Translations under genes and position numbers: made by a program | Shown here: positions 1 through 15,414 of the stretch, piece after piece | Layout of the letters: every line of letters starts with the position of its first letter | Position numbering within the stretch: position 1 is the first letter of the stretch | NCBI RefSeq assembly: GCF_006345805.1 | Contig: NW_021833925.1 | Coordinates: 1-64,000 of the forward strand | Reading direction: 5' to 3' | From: Octopus sinensis | Taxonomy: Eukaryota | Length of the DNA stretch: 64,000 bases | Notes under the pieces: generated by a model | Told to the model about the DNA's origin: nothing | What the model saw: the letters and a program-made list of their open reading frames with translations, nothing else | Database searches by the model: none

Positions 1-914
1 AAAAATACCTCTTCTTTTTGAATTTAATATAAGCACCGATGGAGAAAGAGTGAAAACAAATACGTCCTCCGATTGCTTTTTTGTTGCTTCAAATGTACTT
101 TGAAAATATGTCTTACCTTACGTTTCTTAACAACTAATTAACAATGTACTCGTATTATTTTTGCGTTCTTTTCGAGAGTGCTTTCGCTTTTTGCATTTTA
201 TATTTTGTACTTTATGCTATGTATTATATAATAAAAGGTGTAGTTATAATTTACATATTTGTAAATAGCTGCCTTCGAAAATTTCTAGCATTATTTTTCA
301 AACGACTTTTGAATTTTGATTGTTGTTCTTTCACCCCAGTTCAGCACATCTATGATAACAAACTTTATAGCTTGACTATCCTGTATACTTTCTATATGTA
401 AAGATACCCAAGAACGCCTATTTCACTGTGGGATGTGGTCTGAGAGAGATTTGCTTGATATTCCTAGCAGAATGCGTAACTACACAGAGGCTCACTCTTG
501 ACTAATGCGTGATGTTGCCAAGTCCGAATCCACTATTATTTCGAAGTTTTCCAGCCGTAACCACCTAATACATCGAGTAGTATATTATTCAATGTTATCT
601 TCATTTCTTTATTTGTTTGCTAATTCTACGAATCGAATGACCTTACAACAGTTCTCCTCGACCCATGTTATATTCTGTTTAAGAAGTCATATTTCAATGA
701 TCAGCCTCAACTGTAATCACACGACATCAATAAAGAGTTCTGCTTTAGAGTGAAAGAGGGAACGGTACCTCTCTCTCTATAGTTACTTGGCCTGCAAGAA
801 ATAGCAGTGATATACCAAATCGTTGTCTTCATAGAAGAAAGAACATATCTGATAATTTCGTCGAAGAAGCACTATATCTCAAATATTTAAACGGGTTAGT
901 CACTGATGGATCAT

Positions 915-990
915 CCTTGATCAGTACTGGCCTTCGATTAGTACTGACCTTGGGTTAGTACTGACCTTGGATCAGTACTAACCTTTGATT
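915..990. repeat. ~17-bp minisatellite, about 4.5 copies (CCTTGGATYAGTACTGA-like)
   Basis: Units: ccttgatcagtactgg / ccttcgattagtactga / ccttgggttagtactga / ccttggatcagtactaa / cctttgatt. Confidence 0.75.
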
Positions 991-1070
991 CAACACTAGA
1001 GACAACACACCACCAAAAGTACTCTTAAACTGTATACACAATACAATCGGCAAATATATATAACATTATT

Positions 1071-1601
1071 AAGGCGGCGAGCTGGCAGAAACGTTAGCGC
1101 GCCGGGCGAAATGCTTAGCGGTATTTCGTCAGAGTTACGTTCTGAGTTCAAATTCCGCCGAGGTCGACTTTGCCTTTCATCCTTTCGGGGTCGATAAATT
1201 AAGTACCAGTTACGCAGTTGTCCCCTTGTGGGTAATAAAGAAATAGGTATTTCGTCTGTCGTTGCGTTGTGAGTTCAAATTCCGCCGAGGTCGACTTTGC
1301 CTTTCATCCTTTCGGGGTCGATGAATAAAGTACCAGTTTCGCACTGGGGTCGAGGTAATCGACTTAATACCTATGTCTGTCCTTGTTTGTCCCCTCTATG
1401 TTTAGCCCCTTGTGGGTAATAAAGAAATAGGTATTTCGTCTGTCGTTCAAATTCCGCCGAGGTCGACTTTGCCTTTCATCCTTTCGGGATTGATAAATTA
1501 AGTACCAGTTACGCACTGTGGTCGATGTAATCGACTTAATCCCTTTGTCTGTCCTTGTTTGTCCCCTCTATGTTTGTCCCCTCTTGTGGGCAATAAAGAA
1601 A
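1071..1601 (+). mobile_element. SINE family A (tRNA-like head) with its internal segment repeated three times
   Basis: Head AAGGCGGCGAGCTGGCAGAAACGTTAGC and B-box-like GAGTTCAAATTCC. The body GAGGTCGACTTTGCCTTTCATCCTTTCGGG recurs at ~1160, ~1287 and ~1458; tail TAATAAAGAAATA. The family recurs more than ten times in the window. Confidence 0.85.
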
Positions 1602-2215
1602 TATATATATAACATTATTTATAGATTATATACTTATGCATTTGATTCACATGAATTAACCGGAGGTTATAGAAAAATAACGTGTCTGGTACACGACGCT
1701 TTGAGATTGAACGTATGGCCTCGTGTTTCAGAAGCAAACCTTTTAACTATTCAGCCATATTACGCCTATTGTTGCCAGAATAGCTGGTTAAAGGCAGAAG
1801 GGAGGGGGAGATAATCCAAATGACGGGATATTACCATGGCTACTACTACTACTACTGTTTTTAGCGAAACGCTTTTCCATTCAGTAACAATCACCATAAT
1901 CATGACTATCGACCTAAGGACCACTTTTGCTATTCTCCTAAGAATAGTGAGGTGAAAAAAATAAAACAAAAATAACATAATGATATGAACCATATCAGTA
2001 ACAGCATCGATCCACCGACACCGTTGTCAACAACCACAACGACTACAACAATAACAGCCGCAGTACTGACAGTGACACCACCACCACCACCAACAACAAC
2101 AACAATGCGTATAAAAAAACAATTAAGATTATAAAAATGAGGCCAAGATTGCTACTGCGTCGACCTCAACTGCTGCTTGGAATCGCAAGAAGAACAAGAA
2201 CGATATTAATAATAA

Positions 2216-2261
<46 letters not shown>

Positions 2262-3082
2262 TATTATTATTATTATACGATGGTAATATTAACGATAATA
2301 TTTATTCGTCAAAACAATAACAAAATGCCCAAAGAATAAATACATAAACAAAAGAACAACAAAAAAAACGTGTAGAGCGAAAAAAAAAAGAAAAGCAAAG
2401 TTGTAACTTGAAAAGTCGAACAGTGATTTTGAATGGTCCTTGATAAAAAGAATACCCCAGGTTTGCGACAAAAGAGTTTCTCACCCGACCACCAACACGA
2501 CACACCACTAACAACAACATCAACCTTATCACACACTCTTTCAGAATTTCTCTTCTCTTTATCTTGTCTCTCTTGTTCTCTCTTTCTTTTTTTTCGTGCT
2601 CTCTCGTTTATTCTTTTTTTCTTTTCTTCTTTCTATCATTCAAATCAGAAAGCTGACATGAAAACGAAAATTTGACAAGTGCTAAAGCTTTTGAACACTT
2701 CAATCTTTTTTTTAATTTTTTTACTTTCTTTCTTCTCTTGATAAGGCGACAACCCGGCTTTTTTCTTAAGTTTACCGAATAGCTGTGTGTGGCATATATC
2801 CTTTTCATATTTGACGTGTATATATATATATATATATGTGAGTGTGTGTTTATATATATATATATAATATATATACGTTTCTGTTTATACAGGTGAGTGT
2901 TTGTGTGTGTGAGTGTGTGTGTGCGTATGTGTGTTTAAGGAAGAAATAGCTCTTTTTATTCTTAAGAGTATATATTTTTTATACACAGGGCGAAAATACG
3001 GTATTTCGGGTTAAGATTTTACAATAATTTTGTTAAAAACCATTATTACATACACACACACAAACATATATATATATATATA

Positions 3083-3124
<42 letters not shown>

Positions 3125-3141
3125 GGATATATGGGTATTAT

Positions 3142-3345
3142 ATGTGACCTCGTCTGTACCACTAGCGATTTTTCCCCCTGTCTTCCCTTCTCGGGATCTT
3201 TCCTTCTCCTATGTTTCCGACGAAGAGCTCCGCTCGAAACGTCAAACCCTCCTTCTTCTCTTCTTTCCCGAGCGTCCAATAATACTTTATTTGTTCCACG
3301 TCCTCACGTTGTTGTGTTTTTTTTGTTTTCTTGTTTGAGATAACT
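3142..3345 (+). mobile_element. ~200-bp dispersed repeat (family H1) with a minimal hammerhead-like motif; probable Penelope-like terminal fragment
   Basis: Near-identical to 45480-45683 and set among (TA)n/(TG)n. It contains GTTT-CCGACGA-A-GAGC-TCC-GCTC-GAAA-CG-TC-AAAC at 3213-3247. Confidence 0.75.
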
Positions 3346-3754
3346 TATATATATATAATATATATATATAATATATTACGCTCACACGCACAGATATATG
3401 TGCTAAGCTCTATGTATATTTTGTCAGGTATTCATTCATATATCACAGTCTACATTTATTCTCCGATTCATTGAAATACTTAATCCATACTGCTGCACCC
3501 CGTCTCTAGATTTCTTTCTTCCCTTCTGTGCAGAGGTATATGCATAGTTAACACATTACAACACATACAGGTAATCAGACAAGTTAGTAAAAAGTGGAAA
3601 AACAGGTAACAAGCAACACAAGGTTGGTTCCTTCCTCTTAGCTTACATTTTCTTGTTTTAATATATGCTTTCATATGAATTTAAAAAGTCGAGGTATGAT
3701 ACGTATAGCTTGAAGCTAATTTTCTTCCTATGCCACGATCCCTGGATCTAAACA

Positions 3755-3786
<32 letters not shown>

Positions 3787-3787
<1 letters not shown>

Positions 3788-3965
3788 CGGAATGCTTTAT
3801 GAAAATAAACAAAAGACGAAGGCAGGTGGAGTACAAACAAACAATTGTATTAGTATGGCGCTCAGGAATAGAAATAAAACAAGTCTTTTACGTTTCGAGC
3901 CTACGCTCTTCAACAGAAACATACACAGAAAAGAAACACGGAGAGAAACAAGGAGAGAAAAAAAT
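3787..3965 (-). mobile_element. Dispersed repeat (family H1, subfamily b) with a minimal hammerhead-like motif
   Basis: The reverse complement aligns with ~15450-15600. Minus-strand motif TTT-CTGTTGA-A-GAGC-GTAG-GCTC-GAAA-CG-TA-AAA at 3919-3886. Flanked by (TA)n and (TACA)n. Confidence 0.7.
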
Positions 3966-3992
3966 GCGTGCAGAAGTTAGCGATTCAATACA

Positions 3993-4026
<34 letters not shown>

Positions 4027-4329
4027 CATACATACATACATCATACATACATACATACATACATCATACATACATACATACATACATACATACATACATA
4101 CATACATACATACATACATACATAAGAAGGGGAATATTCCTTGTGTTGCATGTCTTGTACTCTGTTTTTTCGTTTTTTGAAAAAAAGTTCGTTTCCTTGT
4201 TTTTGTTTTTGTGTTTTCGTTTCTCATTGTGTTCAACGTTTTTTTGATGTCCTGTACCCATATATGCATGTATATATACATATAGATCTAGGTATGTACA
4301 TATAATTTATGTATATATGCATATATTTA

Positions 4330-4366
<37 letters not shown>

Positions 4367-5432
4367 CTAATGTAGGATAAAAATGTTTCGAAAAAAAATT
4401 TTTTTCGATGGCAAGCATATCAAAAAATACCTTTAAAGGTTAAATTTATAAATAACTTACAAAATAGGGGCAAAAGAAAAATTCTAATGCCAAATATGCC
4501 GAATATCGCACGAATCATCAAGCCACAATCGGACCGATATAATGCAGGCAATCATACATACATACATTCGAACACACACATTTAGATGCATGCATATACA
4601 TATAATTACATCTATATTCTTTGCGCTTTTGTAGTACACACACTAAATTCAGAAATACATCGATTATAGGACTATATAGATTTTGTTTTGCTTTGTTTCT
4701 TTTGTTTCTGGTTTCAACATTTTCCATCCACTTCTTTCTTTAGCCTTTGTTTCATGTGTCACTACAAATGTGGTCCGTATGGCAGGCAGCTTAGCTTGTT
4801 TAAAAAAAAAGCAAGCTTGTTTGTGTGACCTGGACATCAACCATTACCAGCATTGCTTTCAACAGCCACTAAAAATCATTGCTACAGATACCACTATTAA
4901 CTGCTGCTGCTGCTGCTGCTGCTACTACTACTACTACTACTACTACTACACTACTACTACTACTACTACTACTCCTGCTGCTGCTACTGCTGCTACTACC
5001 TGTCAATGCCATTCCTCAATGAAAATCCACTTAATTCTAGCTTTGTCAAATAGTTGAACGCATGAAGAGCCAATACTAAATCATATCGATGAAAACACAC
5101 ACACACACTCACACACACACATGCGCGTGTGTGTGCCAGATAAAATACAATTCAAATTGGTCTGAATCGGTAAAACTTGGAATATTTTGAAAAAAGCGAA
5201 AGAACGAGCGCTGTGAAACTGGTGTGCGAAATAGAGAATCCAACGTTTCGGAAAAAATTCTTCATTTTAACGATGACAGCAAGGAAATAAAAGGAAAAGA
5301 AAGTTTCACACCATGAAAAGGACTCTGTCCGAAATATTGGATAATCCACTCTCCACAAAATATCCCTGCATACGTTGTGTGTGTGTGTAGCTAATCAAAT
5401 ATATTTTTGAGACAGAATATCTATATTTATGC

Positions 5433-5559
5433 TCAACAACATGGTTCCGGGTTCATTCCTACTGCGTGGCACCTTGGGCAAGTGTCTTCTACTATGGCCT
5501 CGGGCCGACCAAAACCTTGTGAGTGAATTTTGTGAACGGAAACTGAAAGAAATCCGTCG

Positions 5560-5592
<33 letters not shown>

Positions 5593-5633
5593 ATGTAGGT
5601 ATCTATAAATATGGATATATTATATATATATAT

Positions 5634-5676
<43 letters not shown>

Positions 5677-5897
5677 GTGGTGTATGTTTTTGTGTCTGTG
5701 TTTGTCCCTCCCACATCGCTTGACAACCGATGGTGGTGTGTTTACGTCCCCGTGACTTAGCGATTCGGCAAAAGAGACTGATAGAATAAGTAATAGGCTT
5801 ACAAAGAATATGTCCAGGGGTCGATTTGCTCGACTAAAAGGCGGTGCTCTAGCATGGTCGCAGTCAAATGACTGAAACGAGTAAAAGTGTAAAAGGG
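5433..5897 (+). mobile_element. SINE family B (B-box followed by CORE-like ACCTTGGGCAAGT; internal microsatellite)
   Basis: GGGTTCATTCC..GGCACCTTGGGCAAGTGTCTTCTACTAT.. then an internal (TA)/(TG) tract, then GGCGGTGCTCTAGCATGGTCGCAGTCAAATGACTGAAAC. Homologous to 21210-21590, 35540-35820, 42790-43160 and 56495-57245. Confidence 0.85.
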
Positions 5898-7418
5898 TAT
5901 ATATTACGTTTCTAATTTAGCTTCAAATTTTCATTTTCAGTAATATTTATCATGTTTTGTACTATTAGCTTTACCATTTGCCTTATCGAATAAGTTATAC
6001 GTAGTGGTCTGTTACTATCTTTTGTTGATGTTATGAAGAGGATGTAGCTCTATAGCTGAAGTCATGAGTTAAATAAAGCTTAACGCTTCCAAGAGTTGTG
6101 TACTGTTAAGCATTTCCTGTTTATTTTGGCAGCCATCAGTGTTGTTCAAATGATAAACCTGTTGATCCATCATTTCTCTGTGCTATAAGAGATCGCAGCA
6201 AATGGTGAACTTTCAGTATGATATACATACAAGCATTCTTCGAAATAATAAACACACTTGAAGTTATGACATCATCGGTGAACATTTGCTTGAGAGAAGA
6301 GAGATCAAGGGAGAAATACTCAGGTAGAGAGATGAATAAGATGGATTAAGAGAATGAGAGACAAACACAAAACACAAAGAGGAATAGATGAATAACCATT
6401 CATGAAAGTTATGCTTTTAAGCTGTAGCAGGTAGCGCAAAAATTATATCTTCTACATGTGTATCATTACCATCATATCTCCGTTCGCAGAAAGAAATCCT
6501 CTTAACACAACTCAACACCTGTCTCATTTCTCACCAAGAAACGGAACTTCCCCTTCAATGGCATTCCGATTCTCACTTCTGTTTCACTCTTTAAGGCTTC
6601 TGAGACTTTCGGCATATTATATCCATGCGGGGTTCTAGCAAAGCATTCTGTTTCTACGAAATATTTGTAATAATGAAAGGATATAACATGTTCAGTAAGT
6701 GTGATTAAAGTGCCAGAACAGTAGAAGCGAAAAATGAAAATATAAATGTATAAAATAGGGAGAAAAAAAAGAGGTTAGATAGTACAAACGATGTATTCGC
6801 GATATATTTACTCCCGTATCTGCAATAAAATATGTGACTCAAATACAACTTGGTTTTCTCAACATTTAAGGCGGGGAGTCACGTGATGTGGTTTCAAACT
6901 ATGGTTCCCATTCTGACAAAAGTATGTGCAAGCAGTTAAATAAAAGTGAACAAAATAGAAATATATTCATACGTTGAAATAAATATTGTGTTATAAGGAA
7001 GAAAAATGAAAAAATTTAATGGAGGCGGTTATAACCCTTTCCCCACAAGCATATATGTGAATATACATGTGTGTGCGCGCGCGTGTGTGTGTGTGTGTGT
7101 GTGTGTGTGTAGTATATGTGAATTTGTACTTGTAGGTCTCTTGTAAGTGTGCAGATGTAAAAATGATAATATATATATATATATATATATATATGCGTGT
7201 AATATTTGTATAGCTATGTATCTCTTATGCGCATATATTCATTTTCCCGTACCTACAAATAATATATATATATATAGCGTTGAGGTTTATGTCGTAATAT
7301 CCGGCCGTGTTTTTTGTATGAAGAAAAGAAATATTTACTATCCTTACTATATTTCTAATATTGAGTTCTTATTACTAATTATTACGGTAACCTGACCGAA
7401 ATCTAGCTATTTGCTAGA

Positions 7419-7461
<43 letters not shown>

Positions 7462-9019
7462 GTGTGTGGTATGTATGTATGTATCTATCTATACATACAT
7501 GCACATGCATATCTGCCTACCTATCTTTCTATCTATCCATGTCAGTCTAACCAGCTTCCTGCTTCTTCTACATGTATCTGTGTATATATATATATCTATA
7601 TATATAATATATATATATATTATATATATATATATATACACACCCGTATATTTTAGTTATCGGCGTTTTACTATTGTCGCTGCTTTGTTGGGGTTATTGC
7701 TTGTTTTTCTTTATATTTTTGTTATTCAAATAACTAAGATACTTTGTCCTCAGCAAACAAGACAACTACAACAACAACAACAACAACAATAATAATAAAT
7801 CCTTAAGCATCAAATGTGAACCAAACCTTATGTCCGTTTTTCTCGCCCCCTTCTCTCTTTTCTGTGAGTTGGAGCAGCTTTGGTTAAAGGTAAGCTTCTT
7901 AATAGATCACTTCACGCACTGAAGCTCTGAATATAATAGCATAATAACTTATAGAGGGCGCGCATAGACATACACAAACACAAATGATTGTGTACTCATA
8001 CTATCTTACGCTTACTGGCACATTTAGATACAGCAATATCTGAATATACAAACAGACAAGTATGTTCACATATTATCGCAAATATATGCAGTCAAATTTG
8101 CATTCACCCCCAAAACACTCAACCTTATACACACACTCACATATATATATTTATATGTATATAGTTACTGATACACAAGAACACGTACACACACGCACAC
8201 CGACACACATATTGCATACATTCACAAACACACGCGTACGCATACAGACACACATATCTACACAATCACACATATTTCTGTAGACATGCTAGTTCCCGAA
8301 TAAGAAGTACGTTTGCCAACATTTCAAACACATAACAGCTATTAATGAACACATACAAATACATAGGCATAGATACATACACATATCCAACACATATCCA
8401 ACACATATCCAAACGCGCATACATGTACATATATCCGTGTTCATATATACTATTGCACACATGCAGGAATATTTGCACTTACACACAAACGTGTGAACAC
8501 AGAAAGAATCACACACAGGCATTTCAAATCTTTTCAGGTCTTTCATCGTGAAATCACGCCATTTTGTATATTTTATTTTATATAATAGTATTATTTTTTT
8601 ACATTTCTGCTTTTCCTGTTTATCCTCGTTTTTATATTCTTTCTTCATTTTCCTTCTGTTAGCCTTCTTCTTCTCTCCTATTCTTCTGTTCGTCTTGTTC
8701 TGCATAGAGGCTTTTCTGTCTCTATTCTTCAGTTGTTGTTTCTATCTTTTGTTATCTATGGTTGTTGTTGCTGTTGTTATTGTTACTACTATTAGTATTA
8801 TATTCTATAGATATATATATATATATATATATATATTTAATGTTTATCCTTATTTTTTAGACTTCTCGTTTAAATCCTTATTGGTTGAATATAAAGATGG
8901 TTGTTCTTTTTGGCAATGGCGGGTAGTTTTGTTTTTGTTGTGTTTTGTATTTTGCTCTTGGCTCTCGTCCTTTTGCTGCTCCCGTTCTTTCTCGCCCCCT
9001 TCTTTCCATTCTCCTTTTC

Positions 9020-9020
9020 C

Positions 9021-9058
<38 letters not shown>

Positions 9059-9346
9059 TAACAGTAGTGGTAGTATTAGTACCCGCCCTTATACGTCATC
9101 TTTAGGACGTTTTATTTTCCTCTTCGCATATATTTCAGAGGATCTTCTCCTTTCATCACCCCACCCCCCTTATTATTGCGATGTTTGTAGAGCTGACTCT
9201 GAATTCTTCTTCTTCTTCTTCTTCTTCTTCTTCTTCTTCTTCTTCTTCTTCTTCTTCTTCTTCTTTTCTTTTCTTCTTTCTTCTTCTTCTTCTTCTTCTT
9301 CTTCTTAATATTATTATTACTAATATTATTATTGTTGTTGCTGGTG

Positions 9347-9402
<56 letters not shown>

Positions 9403-9454
9403 AATAATAATAATAATAAACCTACATCTATGCATATGTGTGTGTGTGTGTGAT

Positions 9455-9546
<92 letters not shown>

Positions 9547-9709
9547 GCACACATATACGTGTCTGTGTTTAAGTGTGTGTGTGTGTGTGTGTGTATGGTT
9601 GTGTGTGTGTACACCTCTGTGTACAGAATTTGCTTTGTGGGCTTTTGTTTTTCGTCTTCCTAATGTCCGGCAATAAATATAAGCAATGATAATAATAATA
9701 ATAATAATA

Positions 9710-9744
<35 letters not shown>

Positions 9745-9800
9745 AATGCCACTGCCACCTCCACACTATCGTACCACTACCACCACCATCACTACCACTG
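9020..9800. repeat. Compound microsatellite field: (CAT)n, (TTC)n, (TAT)n/(AAT)n, (CT)n, (TA)n, (GT)n, (GAT)n
   Basis: Directly visible. It produces the poly-S/F/L/I/E/N ORFs in the track. Confidence 0.95.
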
Positions 9801-10859
9801 TAATAATGCGTGTTTTGTTTTCATGTGTTACACTTTATAGTATTATTTTTCGTTCTTCTTGCAGTATTTTCTTCCAATATGTATTGTTCGCCGTTGTTGT
9901 TGTCGCCCTTCTTGTTATGATTTTTAGCTGTTATTCTTGTACTTATTGGCGTTGTTTGTAGATGTTATAGCAATTGTTATTCATGCCTTAAGTTTTTTAT
10001 TTTGTTCAGTTCGTGTCCTTTTTGTATTGTTGTCTTTAGGTTTATGGGAAGTGGCGTACTGAGGTAGGTGAGGTGAAACGATTTAAGGTGAGGTTAAACC
10101 GAGCTGGCCTGAGCTTCTGCTATTTTCGGTCTGTTGTGCGCAGAAGGAGTAGCTGTGGCGGGTGATAGGCTTAGAGACGTGTTAAAGGGTCGAGTTGAAA
10201 TAGATGTTGGATTTTTTAGAGCTGAATGTGAATAGGGGTGAAGAGAATTGTAAAAGACGACAGTAGGGGATTTGCTGAAATTAAAGTTGGAAGTGTATAG
10301 AACGGGAAAATGGGAAGACTGGTGTAAAGAGTCAGTATTTTGAAGTTCGATGTTGGTGAGTTTGCTGCTGGAGGCGTTGGTATTAATGTTGAAAAAGGAT
10401 TCTTTCATTTAATATTTACAATATGGCTGGACGGATACTTTTGATATAATCAATGTCACTAATTATACACATACATACTTATAAATATAGATTCACACAG
10501 ATACACACGCGCACGCGCAGTCGACTACACTTTACTGGAAAGATCTTATAGCAATGGAAATAACCAGCTTCTGTCCAATCTGCTCTGTACGTAATGTCTA
10601 GAAATTTCAATCAACTGATCTTATCGGAGTTAGCTCCCCTGCATTTTTTTTTTTAATGGTATCAGTGTGAATGATAATGGGAATGGTTACTGGTAAGGGT
10701 TAGTGATAGGTAGTGTATCCGACTATAAAACAGGGCATCACTTATATGTACTCGTTTAACCCATAGTAACATGGAAATATTATCGTAAGACGAACGATCA
10801 GACGGTTGTGTATATATATAATATATATATATAGAGAGAGAGATAGATATGTACACAAA

Positions 10860-10890
<31 letters not shown>

Positions 10891-10981
10891 AATATATAAA
10901 CTTCGGTGTTTCGACGAATGATGTTTGTTAATCTGTAATGCGAAGTTAAACGTTACTTATCTGTCTGGCTGTCTGACTGTC

Positions 10982-11018
<37 letters not shown>

Positions 11019-11355
11019 TTCCTCTCTCATATATATGTGCGTGTTTTGCTTGTGTACGAACACCATGTCATATATTTGACTCAGTCGCTTTTCGTGAAAC
11101 GCCTATGCAATTGGTTGAATTACATGTTTGTTTGTGGATTGTCATTCGTTGGATGAATTTTCACGTGACCACACGACCAGACAATAATTCGCGCGCACGC
11201 TTACACACACACATACACGCATCTATTCCTATGCATGAGTGATTTGTGTATAAGTATGTGATTGTGAGAGTATGTGTATTGTGCAAGTAAGTGTGTAGGT
11301 ATATGTGTGTATATTATAGAATAAATATATTGTGTATTCATATTCACGTACATGC

Positions 11356-11414
<59 letters not shown>

Positions 11415-11582
11415 CATTATATATATTATTATATATATATATATATTCATGTATGTATGTATATATATTTATATATATATATATATATATTTAGATTGTA
11501 TATTTTTGTGCATGTATATAGATATATATATACATTCATGTAGTATGTATGTATATTTATACATGTATATTTTTGTGCATGT

Positions 11583-11624
<42 letters not shown>

Positions 11625-13580
11625 TCATGTATGCATGTATATATGTATGTATTTATGTATGTATGTGCATATATATACACATAGACGCATATATGTAAAG
11701 ATCTGCGTATATACATATGCATGCATATATGTGTGTGTGTTTACACATATATATATGTACACGCACATGTATATACATGTGGCCGTGTGTGTGTGCGCAC
11801 ACGTGTGTGTAAACAGCTGCTTATATGTATACACTTGCATAACCATGCGTTCAAGTTGAAGTGTCCTCTGTGTAGAGGCTTTGTACAAACTTCGGAATGC
11901 TTTACAAACATTTACACTATGATATTGTATACGGAAAAAAAATGGTCTTATGTATATAAAGTAAACCTTGTTTCTGTGTTAAAGTGTGCTCATCGGTCTA
12001 GCTGAAGTTTGAGATAAATTTCTTTATTTATAGCTTCAGACTGTTTCTCTTGAAGTAGCCTGCAAGTTTTTCTTTTTTAGAGAAAGAAATCTTTTCGTAT
12101 CTGACTAGAAAAATCAGTATATATAATATACTAGTGTACACGAGGGAAAATAACTGAGGTACATGAACGGCGTCTTGTTCTATAGTATTCAATGATAAGT
12201 TCGAATTCTCCTGATTTTCGAACAGAGAACTTATGATTTCTTAATTATTGATATTTTATATGTTGTTGCAACATGCAAAAGTGATGTCATGGGTTATACT
12301 AAAGAACATGTATATGATTACGAAGAAGAAAAATAAAGCTCATTGCAAAGTGTTGAGTACAAATAGAGAAGTGAAACCGTAAATGTAGGCATGGCCTTCT
12401 GTTTAAAAAGTTTATTTCGCAAATATAAAGTCCAAGGATCAGAGCTACTGTATCGTATTTTGAGAAAATAACTTTTACCCAAACCTTTTTAGTCAAATTA
12501 GTACAGGCAGTAACGATGTATATTGCTAGATGAATTATACTCGTTCATATTTGGCCGATTTACAATCATCACAATGTCAGGGTCTACTTTTATCGGAGTC
12601 CAGAGAAATTACAAGCATTCGGAGCTGGTCTGTGGTGTACAGATAACTTTTATATCTTCGTTTCTTTATCTTCCTCCATTTGCTTCAGACGTTCTGTAAA
12701 CCAAGGTCATGGATGCTGCATTTTCCTTGTTTGACTAAGCCATGAAAAGGAAGAAAAAAAAGTAACGTTCGGATCTTGACACCAACCATATTTTCGTAGA
12801 CTTTACTTCTTTTCTTTTTACCTCCAACGAGGGCATTGATTTACTGTCTATAATACAACAATGCAAGTTAATGTGGAAAAAATTCAAAATCTCACAATGA
12901 TTTTGCTATCACTCTTTCCTTAAATAACACGCTATACCTTCACTGGAATGTATATAAAAAGCAAACATCAAAATATTGATTCAACAAATAATATAAAATA
13001 TATCTTAATTTTCCGTTCAAAAATTTCTCCTTTTTATAAAAAGAAAAAAAAAAGCCAAATGTAAAAAAAAAAAAAATCTTTTTCTTTGCTTTATCATTTC
13101 ACCATTCTTGACAAACAGCACCTGGTTCTTAATAGTCTTTTTTAGGCAACAAAGTACACATGGCCTAATTGTTTGGTTTATATATTTTGCAATGACTTCG
13201 GTAGTGTGGAAGAGAGGAGAAATAAGTAAAAATACTATAAAATAAAATAAAATATGAGTTTGATATCACAAACCAGAAAACATTCTTTTTTTAAAAAATA
13301 AATCTTCAATAGTATCACTGAATATTCTACTGTGTATTCCATAAACACTTTCAAGTGTTATTACTCGGAAAGCATTATTTCTAAAACATGCACGTTAGCT
13401 TTAAACTTACCAAGGTTGATTTTATTTTTTTAAGGGCCTTTTTTTCCAATTCAGATCATATGATTTGATTTTATAAATTCACCTTATTAACTGCTTTCAT
13501 TTAAATTGCACACCCACAAGCATATTCTCTCTCTTTCTCTCTGTTTCTGTTCTCTGTCTGTCTGTCTTGCTCTCTCTCTG

Positions 13581-13653
<73 letters not shown>

Positions 13654-14399
13654 ATGGTCATCTATTGCCAAACTCAAAAATTCAAAAAGATCCACTTAGG
13701 GAACTTTAATTCTATGCTCCAGATGCGAAGACTTGAAATCTTCAGGATTGTAATCCTTAGATTGAAAGGAAGAAAACTTTTGCGGCTAGTGTTATCTGGA
13801 AAGACATGCAAGGAGTAAAGCCAAACTTTGGAGTTTAAGATGGATACAGGACACAATTCCATAGCTGTAAGACGTCTTTCTTCTTTTCAGTTCCGAACAA
13901 GATTACCTAGGATTCATGAATCCACAGCTCATGAGTGATCTACAAAATAAAATAAAAGGGGATACATAAATAGAAAGGATGTCAGCAATTTCACTTGAGA
14001 TTTTGAAATATGACTGTGCATCATTGCTGAACCTACGGACGAGGTCACAAAGTCATACACTTTTATTTATTAAATACTAACTAGTGGGATGAAACAATTG
14101 ACATGGAAGCATTTTAGCGTGGTCAACGTAAGATGGCTGAAATTAGTAACGGGCATACCAACATATGCATACACATTCACACAAATATATTCCATTCTCA
14201 TTTCTTTTTTCTTTTCCTTAGTTTCTCTCATTTTTTGTAATTCGAATTGTTTTTTTTTTTTTTTTTTTCTTTTTCTTTTGCGAATGATTTATATACGAAA
14301 CGTTAAAAAACCTTTCTGCATGAAAGTAATAGCTTTAATTTCTATGGCTGCAGTTTCGTTATTTTCACTACACACATAAACGCACAAACACACACACAT

Positions 14400-14476
<77 letters not shown>

Positions 14477-14823
14477 CTCTCTCTCGCTATCTCTCTCTAA
14501 CAATATGCATTTGTATGTAATTCTGTGTATGTGTATAAGGATAGATTTTCATAGAGAGAAAGAAATGCGAGGTAAAATGTGTATGTATTGTATTTTTAGT
14601 TGGTAAAGCGTTTGCACTTGCAGTTTACAGCTGTTAGTGAGTATTTCACCTGTAATGCAAAAATGTCTTCAGTTTTAGTAAAAAAATACTCTTGAGGTAT
14701 GCTGTATTCTGCACTATATTCTAATCGGCTATAATGTTCAAAGTTATACAGATGGATAATGTTGGATTTCTGTGTACGTGTATGTGTACGTGCGTGTGTA
14801 TATATGTATCATTGCATGCGAAT

Positions 14824-14854
<31 letters not shown>

Positions 14855-15045
14855 CACATATATATATACACATTAATATATATATATATATACATATATA
14901 CGCCCGTGAGAGCACGTGCTGATGTGTATAATTTCATGCCTATAGATACATGTGCGCGTGTGATATTTTCATATAATTGGTAACTTCACGACAAACGGAA
15001 GGTGTATACATATTATATTTTTATGTGTGTGTGTGTATGAATGCA

Positions 15046-15088
<43 letters not shown>

Positions 15089-15414
15089 ATATATATATTA
15101 TAGATATGCATATATAATTTTGTATATATATTTATGTGTATGTACTTCATCTCTTCTTTCTGTTCCTTTATTATCTTTTCAGTTGATAACACCTCACATC
15201 TGAAACACATGTATTTAAAGTGTGTATTTCGTTGTGTGTTAATCTTATGGATTACACGTGGTGTTTACGTAAACTAAAGAAGAATGTATTTATAAGTACA
15301 AAAAAAAAAGACGCCTACCTTTATTCAAGAAACACACACATACTTATGTAAATGTACATGCTAATATATACATAAACCTACATATGCACAAAGAGGGTAT
15401 ATATATATATATAT

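Noticed and set aside
10094-10408. 104-aa Ser/Thr-rich minus-strand ORF
   Set aside because: No recognisable motif, antisense within an intron and compositionally skewed; probably a repeat fragment.
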